Assembly (NCBI GenBank): GCA_963676835.2
Contig: CAXXFF010000001.1
Span: forward strand, 640,001 to 704,000
Direction: 5' to 3'
Length of the DNA stretch: 64,000 nucleotides
Source: Marispirochaeta sp.
GTDB lineage: Bacteria > Spirochaetota > Spirochaetia > JC444 > Marispirochaetaceae
Numbering within the stretch: position 1 is the stretch's first letter; each line of letters starts with the position of its first letter. A program made the translations under genes and the position numbers. Below, piece after piece: positions 1-11,528 of this stretch. The notes under the pieces were generated by a model. That model was not told the origin of the DNA and made no database searches. It worked only from the letters and a program-made list of their open reading frames with translations.

Positions 1-1512
1 CGAACTTAATAGTTCCTGGGAGCAGCGTTATGGTGCCTTGGAAGAGCAGTACAAATTGCTTCTTCTTCAGAAATTTGGCCGTAAAAGTGAAAAAGAACAA
101 CAGGATGAGTATCAACCGCTGTTGTTCGGACTTGAAGAGAATGGTACTTCGGAGAACGATGCATCAGAGACTTCCGTACCAGTTCAGTCCCATCCCCGCA
201 GGAAATCCGGCAGAAAACCAATTGATGAAAGCCTTCCCCGGGATGAGATCATCATTGATATTCCCGAAGAAGAAAAACAGTGTGCCTGCGGCCATGCGCT
301 GGTTCGTATCGGCGAAGAGACCAGCGAGCGCTTACAGGTAATCCCCCCGAAGATGTGGGTGGAACGGATTATCCGCCCCAAGTATGCCTGTAAAAACTGT
401 GAAGGCTCCGGGGATGAAGAGAAGCCGGCGGTAAGGGTTGCTGATCCCCCTGCAAGTATTATCCCTAAAAGCATTGTAACGCCAGGATTGATCTCCTTCA
501 TCATAGTGAACAAGTTTGTCGATCATCTGCCCTATTACCGGCAGGAGAAACGGTTTGAAAGAATCGGCATCCACATAAGCCGTCAGAACATGAGCAACTG
601 GCAGCAGGCGGCGTTTGATAAAATTGAACCGTTAATAGAAACACTGAAAACGCATATCCGGTCAGGGCCGGTCATCAACATGGATGAAACCCCGGTCCAG
701 GTACACGGAGAACCGGAACGCCCTGACACGGCGAAATCCTATATGTGGCTTGCCCGCGGCGGCCCTCCGGAAAACCCGGGATTGCTTTACTCATACCGGG
801 AAACCCGCGGGTCCCGGCATATTAAAGAACTTCTCGATGGATTCAGCGGCTTTTTACAGACCGACGGCTATGATGCGTATCGTACAGCCCTGGCGGGGAA
901 TGAACAGATAGTCCATGTCGGCTGCATGGCCCATGTTCGGCGAAAGTTTCATGAAGCTGCAAAGGCCTCGAAGAAAGCAGCAAGTGCACAGGAAGCATTG
1001 AATGCCATCAGGAAACTGTATGGAATTGAAGAGCGTCTTCGCAGTATGGAATTGCCCGAAGACCAGTTTGTTGACCAGCGCAAATCTCAGGCGGAACCGG
1101 TTTTGCAGAAGTTTAGAACCTGGCTTGAAAAACGCAGTCAGCAGGTTCCTCCTTCGTTATTGCTTGGGAAAGCAATTCAGTACACCTTGAACGAATGGGA
1201 GAAACTGGTACACTACCTCGATTCTCCCTATCTGACACCTGACAACAATAGCGCGGAACAGGCTATTCGGCCGTTTGTTCTGGGCCGAAAGAACTGGTTA
1301 TTTTCCGGTAGTCCAAAGGGGGCTGAAAGTTCCTGTGCCATGTATTCACTGATTGAGACAGCCAAACAAAATAATGTGAACCCGAACGACTACCTGAGAC
1401 GCGTTTTTGAGGAAGCTCCACTCATGAATGAATCTGATAACTGGGAAAAATTGCTGCCATGGAATATTTCCCTCTGATTTTTTTCTCTGGGTGAGGTTTA
1501 ATTGACGGTTAC
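1..1512 (+). mobile_element. IS66-family insertion sequence, right part (left end lies outside the window)
   Basis: Contains an IS66 transposase ORF. It ends in GGGTGAGGTTTAATTGACGGTTAC (1489-1512), whose reverse complement starts GTAA, the typical IS66 terminus. The next 8 bp (CTTGTCCC, 1513-1520) are the candidate target duplication. Confidence 0.88.
2..1477 (+). CDS. tnpC: IS66 family DDE transposase (TnpC), 5' end probably outside the window
   Basis: The frame is open from base 2 (ELNSSWEQRYGALEEQY...). Motifs: FGRKSEK, zinc finger CACG...YACKNC, KFVDHLPYYRQ, MDETP, TDGY, CMAHVRRKF, DNNSAEQAIRP...GRKNWLF, LLPW. Confidence 0.95.
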   Translation, partial: ELNSSWEQRYGALEEQYKLLLLQKFGRKSEKEQQDEYQPLLFGLEENGTSENDASETSVPVQSHPRRKSGRKPIDESLPRDEIIIDIPEEEKQCACGHALVRIGEETSERLQVIPPKMWVERIIRPKYACKNCEGSGDEEKPAVRVADPPASIIPKSIVTPGLISFIIVNKFVDHLPYYRQEKRFERIGIHISRQNMSNWQQAAFDKIEPLIETLKTHIRSGPVINMDETPVQVHGEPERPDTAKSYMWLARGGPPENPGLLYSYRETRGSRHIKELLDGFSGFLQTDGYDAYRTALAGNEQIVHVGCMAHVRRKFHEAAKASKKAASAQEALNAIRKLYGIEERLRSMELPEDQFVDQRKSQAEPVLQKFRTWLEKRSQQVPPSLLLGKAIQYTLNEWEKLVHYLDSPYLTPDNNSAEQAIRPFVLGRKNWLFSGSPKGAESSCAMYSLIETAKQNNVNPNDYLRRVFEEAPLMNESDNWEKLLPWNISL

Positions 1513-1572
1513 CTTGTCCCCCGCGCGTTCCTCATCGCTTCGCTCTTGCGGTACGCGCTAGGACAAAAAAAA

Positions 1573-1682
1573 GCCAGGCGACGTCCTACTCTCCCGCTTT
1601 CGCAGTACCATCGGCGCTGAAGGGCTTAACTTCCGTGTTCGACATGGGAACGGGTGGATCCCCTTCGCTAAGGTCACCTGGC
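1573..1682 (-). rRNA. rrf: 5S rRNA
   Basis: Reverse complement reads GCCAGGTGACC...GATCCACCCGTTCCCATGTCGAACACGGAAGTTAAGCCC...GATGGTACTGCG...GGGAGAGTAGGACGTCGCCTGGC. It is followed by a T8 run. Confidence 0.95.
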
Positions 1683-1690
1683 AATAATTA

Positions 1691-1956
1691 CCATTTTACG
1701 GTCACCATCGGGGTGTACCCCTCCGGCTTCCTTTGTTCAAGCTACAGACAGGTCAGCAAAGCTGATCAGTTCGTATTGAACGTTTAGTGCGTCTATCCTA
1801 AAAGGATAAACTATTTTGTTTTGTCTTTCGACTATAGAGCACATACTCAGTAACTGTTTAATCAGCTCTGAAAAACGGTCGGGTCCCCCGACCGGCTTTT
1901 CATTCGTCGGGCAGAGGGTAGTCGATGGAGTACTCTCCAGCGACGACCGTAAAAGG
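1691..1956 (-). other. Long multi-branched structured element in the 23S-5S spacer (candidate ncRNA or processed spacer RNA)
   Basis: The 10-bp inverted repeat TTTTACGGTC (1694-1703) / GACCGTAAAA (1945-1954) extends into a long irregular stem. It encloses several internal hairpins. Confidence 0.5.
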
Positions 1957-1973
1957 AGAAGAAGCACACAATA

Positions 1974-5000
<3,027 letters not shown>

Positions 5001-5231
5001 TAGTTTGTGCTCCTTCTTCTATTTATGCAGTCCTCAATGACGGTTACGTCATTGCGTCCTTTGGTCCTATTGAGCAGTCTCAGATCGGCAAAGCCGCTCT
5101 TCGCTGCGCGTAGGTCCTAAAAGAATGTAGTCGCAACCTTTATCAAGATGCTCTACATAACTGCCCTGAAACTCCCCTTTATGTACCGCGTACTTCCCGT
5201 TTCCGCTGTACGGTATGAATCAGGTTCTCTA

Positions 5232-5244
5232 TGTCAAAAGATCA
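5232..5244 (-). promoter_or_regulatory. Spacer boxA antitermination site
   Basis: Minus strand TGATCTTTTGACA in the 16S-23S spacer, downstream of the tRNA, at the usual position. Confidence 0.6.
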
Positions 5245-5304
5245 TGGCTTGCAGCTGTTTCCAGTTGCCGCCGCGCACTCTTAAATTACTTTAAGGGCGC
5301 TATT

Positions 5305-5447
5305 TAAAAAGTGGAGGTAAAGGGATTCGCCTTCCGCACTCAGTCGTCCTGACTTCGTGCTGCAGGCCGCCTCGCTCACTGGCGAGTCACATCCCTGTGC
5401 CTCTCCCGGCCCTTATCGGGCCGCGTTCGCTTCGGTTCGAACCCCTT
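5305..5447 (-). repeat. tRNA-linked repeat: copy of the tRNA-Ala T-arm and 3' end interrupted by a ~105-nt hairpin-rich insert
   Basis: The 25-bp sequence TAAAAAGTGGAGGTAAAGGGATTCG occurs at both 5305-5329 and 5471-5495. The other half of the T-arm (TTCGAACCCCTT) resumes at 5436-5447. Confidence 0.8.
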
Positions 5448-5477
5448 AAGGCTCTTACCGTAACGTTTTATAAAAAG

Positions 5478-5551
5478 TGGAGGTAAAGGGATTCGAACCC
5501 TTGACCCCTAGAATGCAAATCTAGTGCTCTAGCCAACTGAGCTATACCCCC
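5478..5551 (-). tRNA. tRNA-Ala(TGC)
   Basis: GGGGGTATAGCTCAGTTGGCTAGAGCACTAGATTTGCATTCTAGGGGTCAAGGGTTCGAATCCCTTTACCTCCA folds as a cloverleaf with anticodon TGC and the G3:U70 alanine identity pair. CCA is not encoded. Confidence 0.96.
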
Positions 5552-5793
5552 AGGCTTGTTCGGCCTTTTTAAAGGTTATTAGCCTTATCAGGTTGGCCGG
5601 TTCCCACTCTATAAATCATATTTAAAAGATAAGGGCGAAGATTTCCGCTTATTAAAAAGCAAGTTTACCTTGTATGTTCCATACTTATCCCGTCTGTATC
5701 CCATTTACAAAAGCTTTGTCAGACTTGCGTCTTAAAAAGCATCCGCTCAGCTTTAATGCTGATTGAGAACTATTCGTTCCAGTTCCCTTCTCG

Positions 5794-7321
<1,528 letters not shown>

Positions 7322-7623
7322 ATAATAAGTCTCATACAAGATGAGACTCCTAATTCACTAAAGTAAGTTTGAATACTCAATTTCAGAATAAGCTGACTTA
7401 TATCCGTCATTATTGAAATCAACAAAGGTTCCCGCTTTTTATTTCTCAAACCCTTTACTACTAACAAGTTAGCAGCTACAGGCCCGATCACGGTTATCTT
7501 CGCCCCTTCTCATATTCCAGTTAAATCCAATACCCTTTATTTACAATCCCAAGGTCATTCACTCTCTCAATTTCAGTGAACCGTCCCTCTTAACATGGAC
7601 TAAACAAGGCCGTATCGGCTGTC

Positions 7624-7635
7624 TTTTAAAGATCA
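7624..7635 (-). promoter_or_regulatory. Leader boxA antitermination site of the rRNA operon
   Basis: Minus strand TGATCTTTAAAA, about 50 nt downstream of the predicted promoter and preceded by a boxB-like hairpin (CGGGGTGAGTCACCCG). Confidence 0.65.
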
Positions 7636-7688
7636 TTCTCTCCGCTGTTCAACCGGGTGACTCACCCCGTCGCTTCAGCGTGATCGCA

Positions 7689-7717
7689 GTTATAACATCA
7701 CCTGCAAAATGTGTCAA
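7689..7717 (-). promoter_or_regulatory. sigma70-type promoter of the rRNA operon
   Basis: TTGACA-17 nt-TATAAC with an extended -10 TG and an AT-rich upstream region. Confidence 0.75.
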
Positions 7718-7766
7718 GCTTAATTTTCAAGAAACTTTAAACTAATGAAAAGTTTATGGAAATGCC

Positions 7767-8162
7767 CTAATTTTCGGGGGAATCCTTTACGGTGCTGCCG
7801 GAACCGGCTTCCTTCTCATCACCCGTTTCGGCTTCACCGTTTTCTACGGCCTCTGCGTCTTTAAGTGCTGCACGCTTTGATGCAATCTGGGCATTGAGAT
7901 CATCCATGGCTTCGACTATTTCTTTGACTCCGGCACTGCGCTTTGTCATGCTCTGCTTACCTTCTTCAGTAAACAGGGCATAGACAGTTGCACCAAGAAT
8001 CTGTTCCTGTTTTTTGAGTTTATCTTCAAGCTGGTGAATTTCAAAACGGAGGATACCGGCATCACCAAGTTCCCTGGCTTTATCTTTTGCAGCACTGAAA
8101 ATATGCCGGGACTGTTCAAGCCCTTTAGAAACAGTTTTTTTCAATTTATCCTGAAATCCCAT
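7767..8162 (-). CDS. Hypothetical coiled-coil protein (131 aa)
   Basis: Strong RBS (GAGGAGG) before the ATG. Helical, charged sequence with an acidic tail. Confidence 0.75.
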   Translation of the reverse strand: MGFQDKLKKTVSKGLEQSRHIFSAAKDKARELGDAGILRFEIHQLEDKLKKQEQILGATVYALFTEEGKQSMTKRSAGVKEIVEAMDDLNAQIASKRAALKDAEAVENGEAETGDEKEAGSGSTVKDSPEN

Positions 8163-8285
8163 TTAATCCTCCTCTTAAAAAATATCCGATATTCACTGCT
8201 AAGACAAGAACATTTTACATCAGCCATACGGGAACACATAATAGCTGCTGATGACATTAAGCAGGGCATCATGTTACCATGGGCC

Positions 8286-8498
8286 ATGCAAGACGGGCCT
8301 GTTTTTTATCGTTGCAGAAACTGCGGACGCTATGTTGAGTCAGATAAGGTTGAGAAAGACCAGTTCTGTTCCCTGGAGTGTGCGCGACAGTACCGCAAAT
8401 GTACAGTTTGCGGCACCTATTTTCTCCCTGATACAGACACCCGATACTGCAGCACCGAATGCGAAAAGGCAAATGTGAGTACGGAGGAAGAAGAATGA
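8286..8498 (+). CDS. Small double zinc-finger protein (two TRASH/MYM-like CxxC...[FY]CSxxC units)
   Basis: MQDGPVFYRCRNCGRYV...FCSLECARQYRKCTVCGTYF...YCSTEC. Its stop overlaps the adk start (ATGA). It is the 3' part of listed ORF 8034..8498; the start could also be 8271. Confidence 0.75.
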   Translation: MQDGPVFYRCRNCGRYVESDKVEKDQFCSLECARQYRKCTVCGTYFLPDTDTRYCSTECEKANVSTEEEE

Positions 8499-9121
8499 AT
8501 TTAGTTTTCCTGGGCCCCCCGGGTGCCGGCAAAGGAACAGTAGCAGTAAAAGTCAGTGCAGAAAAGAATATTCCCCACATATCAACCGGAGATCTTTTCA
8601 GGAAAGCGATCAAAGATCAGACAGAACTTGGCAAAAAGGTTAAATCAATTCTTGATGCCGGCGAACTGGTCCCGGACGACCTTACAGTAGCCCTGGTAAA
8701 AGAGCGGCTCGACCAGGGAGACACAGCCAATGGTTTTATCCTTGACGGTTTCCCCAGGACCATCCCCCAGGCAGAAGCTCTGGATGGAATTACCAAACTC
8801 GATTACGCCGTAAACTTTGCTGTTGCCGATGAGGCACTGGTTGAAAGACTTTCCGGCCGACGGGTCTGCAAAGACTGCGGAGCCACCTACCACATCAAGT
8901 TTACCCCCCCTGCTAAAGAGAGCGTTTGCGACAAATGCAATGGAGAGCTCTATACCCGGAAGGATGACGAACCGGAAGCAATTCAGAACAGGCTGCAGGT
9001 CTACTACAAACAGACTCAGCCCCTGATCGACTACTATCAGGGAAAAGATATCAAAATTGATATTGATGCGGCAGATGCACCTGCTGCAGTTCTCAAAACT
9101 ACCCTTGCCGCCCTCAATTAA
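8495..9121 (+). CDS. adk: Adenylate kinase (zinc-binding LID)
   Basis: MNLVFLGPPGAGKGT, HISTGDLFR, FILDGFPRT, LID CKDC...CDKC. RBS GGAGG precedes the ATG at 8495. Confidence 0.97.
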   Translation: MNLVFLGPPGAGKGTVAVKVSAEKNIPHISTGDLFRKAIKDQTELGKKVKSILDAGELVPDDLTVALVKERLDQGDTANGFILDGFPRTIPQAEALDGITKLDYAVNFAVADEALVERLSGRRVCKDCGATYHIKFTPPAKESVCDKCNGELYTRKDDEPEAIQNRLQVYYKQTQPLIDYYQGKDIKIDIDAADAPAAVLKTTLAALN

Positions 9122-10061
9122 GAGGCGGCTCAGGCAAGTCGGCACCGGGAGGCGCTTCTTCCGGTGCTTTTTTTTGCTCTGTTGGAAATTGAGCAAGAAG
9201 TTCCTTAATTTTGTCATTCCCCGGAATATCCGGATATTTGTCAAAAAGGGCCAACTTATCCGCAGAATTGAACCCGGCATCAAGGCATCTTTGCAAATAA
9301 TCCAACCCTTCGTCGGTGGTCTCAAAACCTGCAAGCAGAATAAACGCCTTATAAAAAAGAAAGTCCGGATATTCTTCATCCGCCTCCAGAGCTGCGTCGG
9401 CAATTTCCAGAGCTGCTGGAAAATCCTCTGCTGAAACCGCTGTTTCCAGTAAAGAAACAAGAAGATCCTTACTTCTTTTACCTGAAGCATAAGCAGGATA
9501 AAGCAGATCAAAGGCTTCTATATAGCGTTCATTTTCCGACAGCAGATTACTGTAGAAAATACGGTACTTAATCTCATTTGGAGCATAATCAACCGCCCGG
9601 CGCAAACTCTCTTCAGCTTTTTTCGTCTCTTCCAGCTGGAGTTGTAAAGCAGCAATATTAAACCATACAGCAGCATTCCCCTCACCCTGTTCCAGAGATT
9701 GCTGATAATAGCCTATAGCCTGCCTGTACTCACCCCGGAGGTACCACATGTACCCCAGGGTTTCCAGAAGTATCGTATTCTGCGTATCCCGGGAGAGAAG
9801 CCGAAGCAGTATCTCTTCGGCCTCTGCGTATTTGGAATCTTCAAGATAGAGTCTTGCAAGGTTATAATCTGCTGCGGCCATACTGCTGTCCAGCTCCAGG
9901 GCACGCAGATACGCTTTGCGCGAGTCATTCAGACGGCCAAGTTCAAAATAGGCATTTCCGAGATTATAGTAGGTTTGTGCTGCTTCACGGTTATCTACCG
10001 AGGTACAGCCTGCCGTAAACAGCAGAAGACTAAAGGCCCAGAACAGTCGATTCAATTTCAC
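9114..10061 (-). CDS. TPR-repeat lipoprotein
   Basis: Probable GTG start at 10061 gives signal peptide MKLNRLFWAFSLLLFTAG-C, followed by TPR repeats (YYNLGNAYFELG, DYNLARLY, WFNIAALQ). Confidence 0.85.
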   Translation of the reverse strand: MKLNRLFWAFSLLLFTAGCTSVDNREAAQTYYNLGNAYFELGRLNDSRKAYLRALELDSSMAAADYNLARLYLEDSKYAEAEEILLRLLSRDTQNTILLETLGYMWYLRGEYRQAIGYYQQSLEQGEGNAAVWFNIAALQLQLEETKKAEESLRRAVDYAPNEIKYRIFYSNLLSENERYIEAFDLLYPAYASGKRSKDLLVSLLETAVSAEDFPAALEIADAALEADEEYPDFLFYKAFILLAGFETTDEGLDYLQRCLDAGFNSADKLALFDKYPDIPGNDKIKELLAQFPTEQKKAPEEAPPGADLPEPPLN

Positions 10062-11094
10062 GAACCTGAGACCGGTACAGCGATGAAACCCCTGAACCGT
10101 AATCGGCAATAAGCTGAATAATATTTCTCGGAGCATTATGCAGATCGGTACCGTTAAGTCTGTCGCCGGCATCGCCGAGCCCCGGAAGAATGTAAGCTTT
10201 TTCATTGAGTACTGGATCCATCCAGAGTGTATACATGGTGGCATTCTCAATGGCCCTCACTATCCGTAAAGATCCTTTCAGTGCCGAGATGACATTGAAA
10301 AACTGTATGGATTTGGGCTGCACACCCTGATCACGCAGATATTTAACTATAGTGACCAGACTTCCTCCGGTAGCGTTCATGGGATCCGCAAATATCAGAT
10401 CCTTACCCTCCAAAGCTGCAAGATCGAAATAGGAGCGGTCAAGGTCCAGAACATACTCCATGTTCTTTTCCTTTCTGGTGTCATCCCGCTGAATTCGAAA
10501 AAGAGCAAACGGAGTAACATAATTATTCGAGCTGTACTCCTCAATCTCTTTACTCATAATCATGGAAGGAAGCAGTGCTCCCCGAAGCATTACACACATT
10601 ACAGCGTTATTTATGTGTTCATCACAATCAGGGATTTTATGTACTGCATAATTCTGAACAGGTGCGGTTACAGGAGTTTTTTTGATAAAATAGTTCCGCT
10701 TGCTGGTATCCCAGCCGGAAAAAGCCAGGTTGAACAGCAGTTCATAGGCGCGCTGAATGTAGTAGATAAACTCCTGCTGCTGGGTATCCATATCCCGCAG
10801 CTTGGCTATAAGGCGGGAAGCCTCACCGTGGTTTTCCCTGGGTGTATCGAAGGGATACACTTTAATTTTCTCTTCACGCCCGGTAATCTCCTGCATGAAA
10901 TCACCCATGGTATTATAGATTTTAATCAGACCTTCTTTACACTTCTCCCGTTCATCGGGGTCTAAAGTTTCAGAAAGGGTTCCGCTGACAGACAGAGCTT
11001 CCTGATAGTAGGCTTCCATCTCTGCCAGTTTATTTTTATCCGCGTCGGTAAGATATCCATCAAGATCTGTTGCGGTAAGGACAACCTTATTCAT
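10030..11094 (-). CDS. upp: Uracil phosphoribosyltransferase, long form with N-terminal extension
   Basis: VMLRGAL, PRPP loop LIFADPMNATGGS, and the uracil-binding YILPGLGDAGDR. Confidence 0.9.
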   Translation of the reverse strand: MNKVVLTATDLDGYLTDADKNKLAEMEAYYQEALSVSGTLSETLDPDEREKCKEGLIKIYNTMGDFMQEITGREEKIKVYPFDTPRENHGEASRLIAKLRDMDTQQQEFIYYIQRAYELLFNLAFSGWDTSKRNYFIKKTPVTAPVQNYAVHKIPDCDEHINNAVMCVMLRGALLPSMIMSKEIEEYSSNNYVTPFALFRIQRDDTRKEKNMEYVLDLDRSYFDLAALEGKDLIFADPMNATGGSLVTIVKYLRDQGVQPKSIQFFNVISALKGSLRIVRAIENATMYTLWMDPVLNEKAYILPGLGDAGDRLNGTDLHNAPRNIIQLIADYGSGVSSLYRSQVREIESTVLGL

Positions 11095-11203
11095 TCTGCT
11101 CTCCTGTAATATTTCGTTGATTTATACCGGAAAGAATTATAACAGAGAGCGGCTAAGGAGAAAAGCGGAGGCGCTCCCTCGTTTCGACTCACTGCTTGGA
11201 CAT

Positions 11204-11233
11204 AAAAAAAAGACCTGCCCGAAGGCAGGTCTT
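11204..11233 (-). terminator. Intrinsic terminator of the tRNA-Lys/tRNA-Glu transcript
   Basis: AAGACCTGCC-TTCG-GGCAGGTCTT followed by a T run on the minus strand. Confidence 0.85.
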
Positions 11234-11237
11234 AATA

Positions 11238-11312
<75 letters not shown>

Positions 11313-11394
11313 TTGGGTGCGCAAGAGTTTACTCTGTTGCCGAATGGGCCTTGAGTTTAACTCTTGCGGCTTAAGCCGGATCACTCCGACCTAG

Positions 11395-11467
11395 TGAGCC
11401 GCACTGGGTTCGAACCAGTGACCCACGCCTTAAAAGGGCGTTGCTCTACCAGCTGAGCTAGCGGCCC
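11395..11467 (-). tRNA. tRNA-Lys(TTT)
   Basis: GGGCCGCTAGCTCAGCTGGTAGAGCAACGCCCTTTTAAGGCGTGGGTCACTGGTTCGAACCCAGTGCGGCTCA. Confidence 0.96.
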
Positions 11468-11482
11468 CGTCATGTGAGAGCG

Positions 11483-11511
11483 ACTATAACAACATCAAAA
11501 AAAAATGTCAA
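11483..11511 (-). promoter_or_regulatory. sigma70 promoter of the tRNA pair
   Basis: TTGACA-17 nt-TATAGT, with an extended -10 TG. Confidence 0.8.
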
Positions 11512-11528
11512 CTGAAATTATGATAAAA

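Noticed and set aside
5305..5551. tRNA 3' duplication as the att site of an integrated prophage or island
   Set aside because: Only ~140 bp separate the repeats and no integrase is nearby. Kept only as a small repeat element.
8034..8285. Long N-terminal extension of the zinc-finger ORF
   Set aside because: It overlaps the opposite-strand gene 7767..8162 and a promoter-like region. The Cys-rich part begins at 8286.
11320..11368. Hairpin between tRNA-Lys and tRNA-Glu as a separate ncRNA or third tRNA
   Set aside because: It is a single imperfect stem with no cloverleaf, most simply a spacer structure.
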